Part shown: positions 19,240 to 33,600 of the stretch, one piece after another | How the letters are laid out: each line of letters begins with the position of its first letter | Position numbering within the stretch: position 1 is the first letter of the stretch | Source of the DNA: a virus | IMG/VR virus record: IMGVR_UViG_3300044642_000074 | Span: 32,001-96,000 of that record | Length of the DNA stretch: 64,000 nt | Strand: one strand, 5' to 3' | Notes under the pieces: model-generated | Seen by the model: the letters and a program-made list of their open reading frames with translations, nothing else | What the model was told of the DNA's origin: nothing | The model's database searches: none | Program-made: the position numbers and the translations under genes

Positions 19240-21600
19240 ATGGCTACATACCTTCCTAATATTACTGACGCAATACCAGAGCCAGCGTTGTTTACGCCTG
19301 ACTTTTCCTTCTTAGATACTATGCTAAGGAGAAGGCAGGGTCTTTATGAGCAAGGCTTTGCTCAGGTAAACAGTGCGTACAACTTTCTTAACAGGGATGT
19401 AACGCAGGCTTACAATGCTCAGACTAAACAAAGATATCTTAATGAAGCTCGTTCTCGTTTAAAGAACTTGTCTGCTATGGATTTGTCTCAAAGACAGAAT
19501 GTTTCTACAGCAACAGGTGTATTTGAACCTTTTTATAAGAATAGTACTTTACTTGGTGACCAGGCTCTTACTGCTCACTGGAACCAGCAGTTAAGTGTAG
19601 CAGATTCCTATCGTTTACAAGACGGAGGAAAAGAGTTTCATGAAGATAATGCTGCTCTTGTCCGAATGCAACAGGAAAAGTTCAGAAGTGATACTCCTGA
19701 TTCATGGCAAAGGTATTACGGTAACCGTGAATATTATACTCCTTTTTATGACGCAGATAAGGAGATGATAGAGCTGATGAAGAACTTTAAGCCTTCTTCT
19801 ACAAAGATTGAAAGGGTAAACGGTATGTACATGGTTACTACCAAAGATGCTTCTTGGACCAAGGAGGAGATTTCTAGATACCTGAACGCTACTTTGTCAG
19901 AAAAAGCAAAGAAGCAGTTAGGTATACATGCAAAAGTTAGATACTCTGATCCTGCTGCTGTAGCTGGTCTATATGTTAACCAGGCTCAGATGGAACTTCC
20001 TGTTATTGAACAGAAGATATCAGATGTTAATGCATCTATAAAGAGTGAAAGAAACAAAGAAAAGCTTGAACAGCTTAAGAGTCTGCGTGAAACATTTGTA
20101 CAGAACAGAAACGAGATTGCTTCAAACTTAGAAAGTATTTCTAAAGGAGATATATCTTTTTTACAAGGTAATGCTGAAAAGTTTGCCAGAAACGTATATA
20201 TGTCTCAGGCTGTAGACCGTATAGCCAAAGGGTTTTCTCATAAAGATATTGAGCAGACCATTGATGCTAACCAAGTAGCCATGATGTATGCCCGCATGGC
20301 TTTTGACCGTGCTGAAAACGAAAAGAACAGAAAGGCTCAACAAGGAACTGAACTTCCTATAGTACCTGTTACTAGGGAAGGTGAGACAGTAACTACTTCA
20401 TACAGTACTTTACAGAATGATATTAAGAATGCTAAGAAAGTATCTGATGCTAAGTTTAACGAACTTAAAGACTACATGACTACTCAAGATGCTTTCCGTG
20501 GAAGATCTTCTGCTAGTATTACAGGGGAGGAAGTACAAAAATGGGTTTCTTCTCATCAACAGAATGAAAAAGTAATAGCTTTTGTAAATGCAGAAACAGT
20601 ACATAGTGCTAAGAATGACCAGCTTACTAACTGGCAAAAAGGTGCTGAGCAGTGGGCTGTTCAACAAATGGGCAGTGAATATGATCAGCTATTAACATAC
20701 CGTGAAGAACAAAAGAAACTTGAAAACAAAGCTGTAAATAATATTACAGGTACTCAAACTATGACTGTAAATGGTCGTACGTTTCAAGTTCCTTCCTCAG
20801 TAATACCGGCAGGAAAAGATAAGTATTATTTTGAAAGAGGACCTTATGGTAAATCTCGGTATGATATAGATAAAGACTTGGCTAAAGCAGGTAGTAAGAT
20901 GGTTGCTAGACAACAAACAGGTATAAATGGAGAGGCTTTAGAAAAGAAGTTTACTGATTTGAAAAAGCAGTATAATAGTAAGCAGAATACTGTGGAGGTA
21001 AGTAAGAATACTCAAGGGTTTACTTTGAGTACTGATGATAAAAGATATAAATCTGCGGTGGGTTATCTTGAATCTATTTCTGGAGCTGATGGTATGATTT
21101 CTGGTGTAAAATGGTTTCCGACTTTAGAAGGGTTTGACATGACCTTTAAGTTAAATGATGCTGATAAAACAAATCCTAAAGATAGAGAAAAGCTAAGGAA
21201 TGATTTAATAAGTACACTAGGAACTAATCAGGTTACTTATAATAAAGACACTGATGTTTTTACTGTTGGAAATTTGGCCCCTACAATATCTCCTAGGTTA
21301 GATCCTTATGGAGGTATTCCACCTGTGCACAGACAAGCGTTATCTTCTATTGAGGGGCTTGCTGGTCAGCCCGGTATGACAAGATCAACTGTTGCTTTTC
21401 CGATGACAGGAAAAGCTGGTACACATGCTGTACAAGTTGTAAAGTTGTTTGGAACCACCCCAGAATCTGACAGTTATATATTATATATGAATAACAAGTC
21501 TATAGATAGACCCTATAGTTCTCCATTGGACGCTTATGGTGCTGCTTTTGGCTTGGTCAACAATCCTGTTGCTTTGAGTACAGTATTGTCTGGTAACTAA
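19240..21600 (+). CDS. Putative virion cargo (ejection) protein
   Basis: 786 aa, helical/coiled-coil; directly upstream of the vRNAP as in crAss-like cargo operons. Confidence 0.55.
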   Translation: MATYLPNITDAIPEPALFTPDFSFLDTMLRRRQGLYEQGFAQVNSAYNFLNRDVTQAYNAQTKQRYLNEARSRLKNLSAMDLSQRQNVSTATGVFEPFYKNSTLLGDQALTAHWNQQLSVADSYRLQDGGKEFHEDNAALVRMQQEKFRSDTPDSWQRYYGNREYYTPFYDADKEMIELMKNFKPSSTKIERVNGMYMVTTKDASWTKEEISRYLNATLSEKAKKQLGIHAKVRYSDPAAVAGLYVNQAQMELPVIEQKISDVNASIKSERNKEKLEQLKSLRETFVQNRNEIASNLESISKGDISFLQGNAEKFARNVYMSQAVDRIAKGFSHKDIEQTIDANQVAMMYARMAFDRAENEKNRKAQQGTELPIVPVTREGETVTTSYSTLQNDIKNAKKVSDAKFNELKDYMTTQDAFRGRSSASITGEEVQKWVSSHQQNEKVIAFVNAETVHSAKNDQLTNWQKGAEQWAVQQMGSEYDQLLTYREEQKKLENKAVNNITGTQTMTVNGRTFQVPSSVIPAGKDKYYFERGPYGKSRYDIDKDLAKAGSKMVARQQTGINGEALEKKFTDLKKQYNSKQNTVEVSKNTQGFTLSTDDKRYKSAVGYLESISGADGMISGVKWFPTLEGFDMTFKLNDADKTNPKDREKLRNDLISTLGTNQVTYNKDTDVFTVGNLAPTISPRLDPYGGIPPVHRQALSSIEGLAGQPGMTRSTVAFPMTGKAGTHAVQVVKLFGTTPESDSYILYMNNKSIDRPYSSPLDAYGAAFGLVNNPVALSTVLSGN

Positions 21601-21614
21601 ATATCCTATACCCC

Positions 21615-24600
21615 ATGATAGAAAACCTTTTTGAACAAGGCTTAGATAACGTTGACGTTCCTGAAAACTTGGAAGAAACTCCAGGTTTAGAACTTGGTAA
21701 TCTAGATCAGCCTGAAAGTCCTGAGCAAAGTCCATTAGGAACACCTGCTCCTGTTCAATCTACACCTTCGGTTGATCCTCCTACAAAGAAGTATAAGTCT
21801 TATGAGGCTGCTTTGGATGCTGCAGAACTTGGGGCTAAAAAGTTTTTTCCTTTTGCTGATACTGACTTCTTAAGATCCAAGACTGTTTCTGGTGATCGTG
21901 CCAGAAAGTATAACGATATGGAATATGGCTACCGTTATGGTGTAGACATGGATGACTTTTACGGGGAGATGGAAAGTCCGCTAACTACTTTTGCTAAAGG
22001 AGCAGGTAGATTTGTATTAGGTGTAGGAACCAAAGTAGGACAAGGTGCAGGTTTTCTTTTAGGTCTTGCAAACCCTCAGAATTGGGATGAAGATATTATT
22101 ACAAAAGCTTCCGATAACGGTATTACATATTTATTTGACCAGCTGGACGAAAAGACCAAGCAAGATTGGTTACCTACTTTTCAAGAAGCAGCTGATAGAG
22201 ACAAAGGTTTTTGGAATAAGTTTTTTACAGATGGGGATTTTTGGATGACTGATGCTGTAGACGGTGCTGCATTTCTAGTATCTGCATGGGTACCGGGTAT
22301 GGCATTGTCTAAGTTAGGTCTAGGAACAAAGTTAGCTCAAAGTCTTTCAGGTCTTAGACTTGGTGTTGGCGGAGCTGAAGCTGCTGTAGAAGGAGCAGCC
22401 ATGACACAGAACTATCTTACTAAAGCTAACAGTATCTTCAAAACAGGTATTGATAAGTTTAATGCTTGGGCTTTAGCAACAAGTTCTGAAGCTATGTTTG
22501 AAGCTGCAGAAGCAAGAAGGGGTATTATAGACTCATTGACTTATGATGAGTTTGGACGTTTGAAAATTAATCCTGTTACAGGAACTCCATATTCAGAAGA
22601 TGAGAAAAGAAAGATTGCCGGTGGAGCTGCTCAGAATAGTTTCTTACTTAATGCTGCTTTGCTTGCTGGTACAAATGCTTTAGAACTTAGATGGATAGGC
22701 TCTATGTTTGGAGCTGGAGAAAGAGCTGCTGTTAGTGGAATAACCGGTGCAACTAATCTTACAGACCGTATGGTTGCAGAACAGGCAGTAGGTAAGTTTA
22801 GTAAGTTTTTATCATCTGGTAAGGGTGCTTTTTTAAGTGGAGCTACACAAGGTATTCTTGCAGAAGGTTTTGTAGAAGAGAATGCTCAGCTTGCTATACA
22901 GCGTGTAAATCAGCAGTATGGTATGCAAGGTAAGGTTGCTGAATTTGGTAACCTTGGAGACTTTATAACTCAGTTTAAGAATCAAACCTTCAATGCTTTA
23001 ATCGGCAAGGACCCAGAGGCTGCTACTAGTATAGGTATTGGTGGTATTCTTGGTACGCTAGGAGGTGGTATATCTTCTACAATACAACAGCGTAAAGATA
23101 GAACTCTTACAGAACAGGTAATAAATGCATATAACTTAGCCCAGGATAACTGGCTTAAGTTTGGTAACATATATAAAACTCAAGATGTATTTACTGTAGA
23201 TGAACAGGGTACTACTGTAAAAACACAGCAGGTAGTCTTTGATCAAAACGGGGAACCTGTAGTTGATCAAGAAAAACTGTCGGGTGCTTTAACAGGTTAT
23301 ACTGCAGTAACAGCTGCACTAGATGAAGCTTCAAAACTACAACCAGGTTTTCAAAGAGATATACTTAGAGACACTGCTTTTGCAGATTTTGTAACAGCTC
23401 ATATTAATGCTGGTATAGAAAACACTGTTATAGATAAACTTAACAGTCTTCAAAAAGCTTCACCTCAGGATCTTGCAAAGCTTGGATTTACTGTTGGTGA
23501 AAACGCAGAGCAGCAGATCAATAGGTATAAGAACCTAGCATCTGCTATTATCAATCAGAACAAACTGATTAACTCTGATATCTTGGTTGACAATAGCCAG
23601 GAAGATAAAGCCCGTAAAAATTATTTATTAAAGCTTGCTGCTGACCAGGCTGTATATAAGAGCTTGGTAAATGAGAACCAGACAGCCCTAACCGAGATAC
23701 AGAATCAGTTAGTTACTTCTGAGAATTCTTCATTGTCAGATGGTTTAGTAGAACAGCTTAATGAGCTTGCTCAAAGGATCAAGTCTCAGGAAGAGATACT
23801 TCAGGAAATGGGTACTAGTCCTGACACTGGTATTCGTAAGCAGGTAGCTAATCAAGTACTTGATGAGCTGAAGCAAAACTACGAACAGTTAGAAAAAGAT
23901 AATACTACAACTATTCAGAGTCTTAAAAAAGACAAGGATGGTTTTTATGAATATGAAAAACCAGGCCGTAATATACCTGGTGTATATGATCAGTACAAGA
24001 AGAAAGTAAGATTAAAAGGTGAACTGCAAAACCAGATTAAGTTAAATGGCCTTGAGTGGTCTAAGTATGCTGATACTAAAAACGGTAAGCAGAACTTTTT
24101 ACAGATGTTCAAAGAGGACATTGTTGATCCTTTAACTCAAGCCGCAGCTGAAGCTCAGGACGCACAGTCTCAACTCGGAAAAACAATTACTCTTACTGGC
24201 ACAGATGCTAACGGTAATCCTAAAGCAATAGATATAACCGTAGGTAAACTGTACGTTGGTAAGTTTACCAAGTCAGAAAGATACAGAGGCAAGCAGATTG
24301 TATCTGTATTTAATAATGATAAGATTAAGATATTAGATATATCAGAGGATGGCTCTACCGTTACTATAAAGGCTAATGGAGAGGTTATGGAAATGTCAGC
24401 ACAAGAGCTGGCAGATATTGCTATACCAGAAAACTGGAGAGCGTTTGATTCTTTAACTGATGATCAGAAACTTTATTTGACCCTGCGTAACCAAGTAATT
24501 GAGTACAGGGTTTTAGAACGAGATGCATCAGGTAAACCTATAAAACAAGCTAATGGTAAGTACAAGACACGCGTTGTAAAAGGACGTGTGGCTATGAATA

Positions 24601-27600
24601 AGAACAGAACTGATCTTTTATTTACATATATAGACCCTACTACTAACAAGAAGAAGTTTGTGGACTTTGACATGAGGTATGTAGTAAATCAGGAGTCTCT
24701 TGAAAAACTTCTTACCCCTCAGCAGTTTTCTGTTAAATCTCAGGAGGAAAAGGTTAAACAAAAGTATGAGACTCAAAAGCAGTTTCTTACAAACCTTATT
24801 ACTGAAACCGAAGCTAAGCTAGCTGATGCAGATACTCGTCGTCAGGCTAATGTTCAGGAGTTCCAGAAGCTGGAAGAAGATCTGAAAGGTATGAGAGAAA
24901 TGCTTGAAGAAGCTGTTTCATTCCTTGAAAAGAATCCTTATACCCGTGGCAGAAAAAGCAATGCGTACAAGTCAATGGAAGAATTGTCTCAGCAGCTTAC
25001 TGATGAGATCAATAAAAAAGAGACCCAGCTTGCTGCTTTGCAAAAAGAAAAGGAAGATCTAACCAATCTTCTTGAAGCTCTTAAGAGCACTAATGAACTT
25101 TACTACCAAGGTCTTATTGAGTTGGAAGAGACTAGCCAGCCGTTTCTGGCTGATCAGTCCGGATCTATATTTGCTCAAGAACAGGCTGACTTGGAAACTG
25201 CACAAGACAATCAGGTAACCAGACGCTTTAACAGCTCTGAGTTAGAACAGATGATTGAGCAGACTGAAACTGAGGTAGAACTTATTGACGATAGAGTAAA
25301 CTATTTACAGGGATATATTAACCAGCTGAAAAAAATGCTGGATAAAGTCCTGGTATTTAAAGATGTAGCTGATGCGTTGATGGAGATCACTGATCGTGAG
25401 CAGCTTCGTAACGCTCTGAAGATGCTAGAAGACCAGAGCTCTGTTCTTGCAGACAATACTGATGTAACCAAAGTTGGTGATATACTTTTACCTTCTGCTC
25501 CTGTTGAGAACATAGCTCCTCAGGTAACTGATGTAATAAAGAAAGAAATTGTGAAGGCTCTCCGTAAAGGACTTGCCCGTGGAGATAAAGGTATAGAAGC
25601 TCAGTACACCCTTGAGTTGATTCAACGTTTAAAGGATTCTGTACAAGAGATGGATGATCTCATTCAGAAAAGAGATGAGCTTGCTCCTAAGTTAATCAGA
25701 CTAGAAACTGCCCTTCAGCAGAAGCAATTGCTTACTAGCTTGCAGGAAAGAGTAAACTTCTTAAAGACTATACAGGAAGGATTACTTGCCCAGTATGAAA
25801 TACGTCAGCAGGAAATACTTACCCAGCGTCAAAGTAAGACAGCTGAGGTTGTACAGAACCAGATGATGGGGGACAAGCTTGCTGATGAGGAAGTATCTCA
25901 GGATTCTGAAACGTACAACTTTGATGTTAAGAAGCCTCTTTTAGCAGTACATGGATTATTTACTACTGCCGGTAGGCACTTTGTAGATGATGCGGATACA
26001 GAGCTGAACATGGAAAACAATAACGCCCTGTTCTATAAGTTATCTGCAATGGCCGATTTGCTTACAGATGAGTTTTACTTGATGCCTGTAACTGCAGAGA
26101 ATGATACGTTTGGTATCAGACGTCCTGATGTTTACGGGGATGATATCAAGTTGGTTGTAGTAAAGAAAGTAGGTAATGAGTTTAAGTTTGTAGATGCAAA
26201 CGGTGAGGTTTTAGAAAATCCTACTAAAGAAACTTTAGTATATACTTCTATGCATGGTAATGCTACCATGTTTGGAGATAACGTACAGGCCGCAGTAGAC
26301 AGTGTAAAGAACAGCTTTACTACAAAAGGTCTGACTGATGCTGAGATCCTGGATCATATTAAAAGATTCAAAGCATTCAGAGATAAGATCAAAGCTGATA
26401 TAGAAGCCGGAAGACCTGCTTATGTACCTGTAATGGGTAAGAGCAAGGGTGTGCAAGTCTTTGTAGAAAAAGACGCTAGTGGTCTACCTCAGGAACTTCC
26501 TATGGAAGGAAGACTAATCAGTGAAGACACTGCTGACTATACTAACATGACCCACCCAGATGGGCAGGGTATATCTTTAGTAGTGTCTACTTTAAAAGAT
26601 AACACTGCTGTGGATGTAAAACCCGGTCGTGTTATAATGCAAAAAGCAGACGGTACCGGATTCCGCGTATTTAACCGTCAGCTTTCACAAGAAGAAAAAG
26701 ACAACTTTATAAATACACTAAAGGTTCTTACTGGCTTATTGGCTAGAAAGAATTCTACTACAAGTCCTCTGTCTAAGCAAGAGGCTTTGGATCTTAGTGA
26801 TGTTCTTACTTACTTGAACGGTTTAGTATTCTGGACTAAGCAGGATAGTATAAGTCAAAGTGAGAATAAGTTTTATATTAACCAGGACAATGGTATGCTT
26901 TACCGCGGCACCAATGCTGTAGCACTTACAGCAGATGCTATTGAAGCAGCTAAAGAAACTCTTACCAAGGATCTTTACCACCAGGTTAATAACAACCTGG
27001 TTAAACTTAATGATCCTTTCTTCCAGGTTATTGTAGATGAGAACATGAAGATCAGTAAGGTAGAGTACCAAAACTATGTGCATTACTTACTGGGTACTCA
27101 GGACATGAAGGGACAGAATCGTAGACTCGGTACACCAGTGGTCTATACCAATACTCCTGCATATAGTCCTGATGACTTGACACCTCAACTTAAGAGCGTA
27201 TTCTTTACTTACCAGGATCCTGATAATCCGATCATCCCTAAGGTTACCGTTACACAGAATAACATAGCGTTTCCTGCTGCACAGGCTCAGCCAAACGGTC
27301 AGCCAGTAGTAGGTACTGCAGCTACTGGATTTGTAATTAATCCTGCTGCTTTTGGTGCAACGGCACCTGCAGCATCTCAGCAGCAGACTCCTGCTCCTGC
27401 AGTTGCTGCCCAGAATCCTTTTATATTTAATCCTGCCGGTTTTACAGCTCAGCCTCAGGCACAACCTGCAGCTCAGCCACAACCCGCTGTTCCTGGTTTT
27501 GTATTCAATCCTAATCAGCCAGTACAACCTCAGTCTACTACTCAGGCTCCGGCCAATCCTTTTATCTTAAATACTGCAGAGTTTGTTGCTCCTCCTCAAC

Positions 27601-30600
27601 CGGTATTTCCTACAACTCAGACAGCAACACCTGGTGCAAGTACTCTGATAAGTACCATACTTTCTGATCAATATCAGCAAAGTATGCCTAGCATGTCTGA
27701 CCCTAGTACCAAGGTTAGCAATGTGTACAGAGAAGCTCTGGATACTTTGAAGAAAAGAGAAGACTTTAAAAAGGTAGCTAAATGGTTTAGTGAGAAACTT
27801 CCACAGATTTCTGTAGAGAAAGTAGCTGAGCTTATTGACGGTATTGCATGGGGGGCATTTAAAAACGGTGCGGTATATATATCTGAGAATGCAGAAGAAG
27901 GTACTGGTTTCCACGAAGCTTTTGAAGCAGTGTGGGGTAGTTATCTTACTGTAGAAGAACAGATGGAGCTTGCAAAAGCGTTCCGTTCTTTAGAAGGAGA
28001 GTTTACTAATCCGTTTACTAAAGAGACCAAACCTTACAGCCAGGCTTCTATGTACGATGTACGTGAGATGTTAGCTGAGGGTATGAGAGATTATATGTTA
28101 GAAAGAAGTACTTACGGAGGTAAGATACTTGCTTTCTTTAAAGAACTATGGAATGCTATTAAAGCACTAGTAGGACTTGGAAACATTAATGAAGCTGAAG
28201 AGCTAATTAATAATGTCTATAAGTCTATTAATCAGGGTAAGTACGTCAATGCTAAACAGGTTCGTGACGTTAGCATGATGGGTACAGCTTACAGTCAGGC
28301 TATCCCAGGTACTACGCAGGAGTTTAGTACACAGTTTACTGAAGGACTTACCGGGTTCTTCTTTATGAATCTGTATGCTAGCCAAAAGAATATTGACAGC
28401 TTACTTGATAAGTATTCAAATACCAACCAGCTTCTGAAACAACTCTTTGTTCAGAGTTTGGAAGACATGAAATCTTACCTGGTTGGACCTATGTCTAACT
28501 TTGCTCAGCGTTATGTTAACGTAGCAAGAAAGCAACTTGGTCGTGACCTTACACAGGATGAGCTGAACTTCTTATATACTCAGTATCTTAACCAGGATAG
28601 AAATGCATACCAGATAGAGCAGGCCTTCGGTCAGCCAAAGTATGTGTATGATAACCTAAAAGCATCTCTGAAGAAGTTTGGTTTGCAGTTTAAAGAATTG
28701 ACAAGCCAGGAAGATGAGGAGTTTATTAATAATAAAGAAGAATCTGTAACTGATGCTTTAGGTATCCGTGATGCTATTTTCATAGACCCCCGCAGACTTA
28801 CTGCAGTAAACTTCAGAATGTTACTTGGGTCTTTGACTTCAGATACCTATGACAGTGCATACAAGTCAGACACTAACCCGATGGGTATTGTGTTTGAAAA
28901 AAATAATCTTGGTCTTCCCAAGCTAATTGACTTTGATAATGTTCATAACATGCTTATCAATGAGCTTAATGGATCTGCTTCCCGTATTGAGGGAGGTAAG
29001 TTCATTGACGCTTTGACCGAGATGATGAACAAGCTTGATAAGAAATATAAAAACATTAACGGTACTTATAAGCCTGGATACGTATGGATCCAGCGTCTGA
29101 AGAACCGTTTGAAATATGCCGGTACTGAAGGAAGTTATTTTACAACTGCTAACATTACTGCAGATGATATAGCCTTGATGATCGGTTTTGAGAAGAGTTT
29201 GCTTAACAAGCAGAACCTTCCTGTAAAGACTATTATTGGAGAGAACGGTTACATCTTTGATACAGATCCTATTCAGACAAACTCTGAAAGCAAGATCCGC
29301 GAAGAGTGGGAAAACAATGTGATGACAAGTACTCAGCCTTTGTCCCGTAAGAGTCAGTCTAGTTTATTGGGTGTGGATGACAAGGGTATGATCGTTATTG
29401 ATCGTAGCAGCTACGCATATGCCGGTAACCCTGCTGATACAAGCAAGCCACACTTGTCTATGTCTAGACCTACGTTTAACCAGATAATAGAAATACTATC
29501 TGAGTTTGGAATTAAGTTTACGGCTAGCAATGAGGAGCTTAAGAAGCATAAGGTTGCTATTAACAGATCTTATAGTGCGATCAGGGAAAAGATCATAGAC
29601 GGTACTATTTCTACCATGCAAGATCTTTATGGTCGCAACGTAGTTAACAAGGCCATCACTGACCTAGTGGAAATCCAGGCAGAGTACAGTGCAGAGGATA
29701 ATGTACTAATGCATTTAACTGCAGAAGGTAAACCTCAGTACTCTATCACACTACCTTCCAACATTACATATGTACTTAACTCATTGAATGATGCTAAGAA
29801 TCTTGCTGACTTTGTAAGCAGCAATCCTCAGTTTGGTTTTGTAGACCAGAGCGGAAATGTTGCACTACATCCTTACCAAAGCAGAAGCTTGTTGTTAAAA
29901 CCAGGTGGGCTGATATTTGATGCAGATGGAAACAAGCGTCTTGATATGGATGTAAAGTACCATCTTATTTCTGGTGTGGCTGCTCAGGACAGTGACGGTA
30001 CAAATACGTCTGACCTGACTTACCCTGACCGTGTAATGCAGGAAATACATTACTTACTTAAGAATATTCACTATACTATTATCAACTCTGATAAGTCTAC
30101 AGAGTTTGCTTTAGGACTGAACAATAGTTTTGTCAGCTTTAGAGAAGCATCTGCCGGCATTGATTCAGCTGACTTTAGTAAGGTAATTAATATTTACATG
30201 GATCAGCTAGAAGATGAAATAGATTCAGCTGTCCGTGAACAGGAGCTTCCTAGTAATATACAATACTATTCTAAAGAAGTTAAGCAGCTTGGTCACTACA
30301 GGGATATCCTGGGGCCCGCGTTAGTAAAAGAGTTTACTGATAAGGTTCTTAAAAAGAAGATGACCAAGCAGGACTTCATGAACAAGCCTGCTGTACAGGC
30401 TGCTATAAAGAACCATATTACTGGTCTTGCTAGTGAGACCTTACAAGGCCTGATTGATCTAGATATTATTAAAGCTACCCAGGTTGGAACAACAACTGCA
30501 GGAAAACCTGTATTTGAATACAGCACCAAGGCTATCAGTCAGGAGCAGTTGTCTTTACTGAAGCTTGATGGTAGCCAGATGAACCAGGCAGATATAGAAT

Positions 30601-33600
30601 CATTGATGACATATCTAGCTGTGAACAAAGAGATTGCGGTGGTAGAACAGCATAAGCTTATCTACGGTCATCCAGTTATGTATAAAGATTTGGCTAAGCG
30701 TGCAAACGGTGCCAACTCTAACAAAGATGCTATTGTAGATAACCACGAGATTGTCAAGTGGATGGATCAGAACATGCCGCGTTTGGATGGCAAGAAGCGT
30801 AGTAGCAATACTACACAGACATTTAAGAATATTTCTTTCAAGGATGTTAATACGGTATCTGAGTTTTATAAAGAGATAGCAGAAAACATGTATGCTTCTA
30901 TGAAGGAAGACATGTCAAAAGATGCTGCAGAAAAACGTATTGGTGTTAAGTTTGACGCCAAGGGTAAGTTCAAAAACTTTATCCTTGATGACAAGAAAGG
31001 ATTTACCGGAGAGATCAAGGCTTATCTTAACCTTAATGAGGCGGACGCTCAGGCGTATATCATGCCTGATCTTTATAGAGACATGTTATACTTGTCTTCT
31101 AAGATCAGTAAGAACCAGCTTCGTCAGTGGGAGTATGAAAGAGCCTACGAGGTGGTAGCAAGAAGCTCAAAGCGTAAGGACCACCCTGCATATAAAAACT
31201 ACTCTAAGATTTATACTAAGGAACAAATGGCTGAGTTTAGGAAGATTGTTGAGGCCGGAAGCCCTGGTATAGTTATGCAGCCACTCAAACCTCAGTACTT
31301 TGGTTATGCTAATAACTCAAGCCTGATGCAGACCGTGTTCCTTAAACACTCGGTACAACCTAAGTTCTACCGTCAGGTAGAGGGCAGTCAGTTTGAAAAA
31401 CTTTATTTGGCTGCACAGAACAATCAGGTAGATATTGTAGGCTTTGAGTCTGGAGAGAAAGTAGGTAACATGCTTAACAGCAAGGGAGAGTTCTTGCCTA
31501 TATATAATACAGCCGGTGAAATTAACATACCGGTTCAGTATGATCAGAACGGAAACACCCAGTCTGTAAACCTTCCTGACGGCATGCCGGTACAGGAATT
31601 GTTTACCCGTTACTATGGTATTCAGCAGGAAGTACCTGCTCTTTCTAAGAGCAAGGTTGTACGCGGTACCCAGGTAACCAAGCTGGTTATGAGTAACTTC
31701 AAGGTAGATGGTAAGTTTACATCTGCTGAAGCAGAAGCTAAGGTTAATGAGTACAATAGTATTCTAAGACAAATGATCCGTTTGGGTAAAGAGGAGTTAT
31801 TAGAAGAGCTGGGTATGCAGAGACTTGGTGATGGAAGCTATATTGTTGCTGACATTAATAAGATGGTAAGCATGCTCAGGGAAGAGTTGGAAAAGAGAGA
31901 TCTTCCAAACAATTTGATTGATGGCTTACAGGCTACACCAGATGGTAGCAGCCTTATGTATAAGTTTGACACGCTGGCTAACCGTAATAAGATTGACAAT
32001 ATCCTGAACTCTATTGTAGATAGCAGGGTAATTTCAGATAAGATGTTTGGTAAGTCTGCCGTACAGGTAGCTTCTACAGGTTTTGAAGGAGCTGGTCGTA
32101 CAATGGTTTACCTAAATAATGGTGTATACGAAGAGGTTGCTGAAAATGAACTGACCGATGAACAGCGTGCAAGTGTACAGACTACATCCAATGAACTTAA
32201 GTTCTACCGTAATGAAAACGGCAGGATTCAAGGTATGGAAGTATACATATCCTGGTTCTTTGACGGAGTTAAACCTGAAGATGTTGGTTTAAAACTGGTT
32301 AACGGTATTTACCAGATTCCGGAAAACTTTGACATGCGTTTACTGGAAGCTATCGGTTTTCGTATTCCTACTCAAGGTATGAACTCTATTGAGAACATCA
32401 TCATCAAAGGATTCCTACCTAAGGAAGCCGGTGATATGGTGGTAGTTCCATCTGAGATTGTAGGTAAGGCCGGATCTGACTTTGACATAGATAAGCTAAA
32501 CATGTACCTGTCTAACTACTATGTATTAGACGGAAAGATTAACTACCTGCAAGACGGGTTGACTACAGAACAGCTTACTGAAATAGCCAAGAAAATATAT
32601 GCTGAGAATACTGACACAAGAGTAGAAACTAATGAGTTTATTAACTCTGTTTTTGAAGGAATACCTAATGATGAAACAGAATTTGTTCAGTCTTTTGTAA
32701 AGAGTTATGAGAAGAAGAATCTGCAGAACAAGTTTAAGAAAGTAATGCAGGATCTTGTTTCTCTACCTGAGAACTATCGTCAGTTGGTTGTACCTAACGG
32801 TGCCGCTACACTGAAGTCTCTAGCTTCTGAGATCAATGAACTTAAGGGTAGAGATGATGCTGAGTCTTCATTCCTGGCCCTAAGAAAGTTTATTCCTATG
32901 GCTGAGGTACGCCAACGTTACCTTACCGGTAAAGCAATGGTGGGTATCGCTGCCCTCCAGACTACCTCTCATACTATGAGTCAGGTATCTAGTATCAGAC
33001 TTACCGGTACATACGATCCTAAATCACTGTACTATCTTTTTGAAGGTACCCGTAAAAAAGAGATCATTGTTCGTCTGCCACATAACCGTACTGAAAACGG
33101 TGATCTATATCTCTATGCAAAGAAAGATCAGAGCGGACGTTGGATATCAGAACTTCTGTCTGAGGCATTGACTGGTTTCGTGGATGCAGCAAAAGATCCG
33201 TTTGTATTTGAACTTAACCTTAGTCTTGGTACAGCTGGTACCTGGTTTTATCTACAGAAGTTAGGTGTACCTGTTCAGGATATAGCTTACCTATTCAACC
33301 AGCCAATTGTTGACCAGTACATGAAGGAAGAGGCTAAGAACCGTTCTTACTTCAAGAAAGCCAACGATGAGTCACTGAGCAAGTTTTTGCTGATGATGAA
33401 GGTAGCTGCTCCTTATATGGATAACGTTCCTTCGTTAAGGGGAACTTATGAGAAGATCAACAACCTTCTTTCTGAAATAGAAAAGTTTGAGGACGCAGAT
33501 ATTCCTTTCCAGCTTAAGAATCAGCAGATCATTGGATTCAGAAAACAGATCAAGCAGCTTCGCCAGAAGACTGCAGATGAGCTTGCTTCTCTTAGAGACG

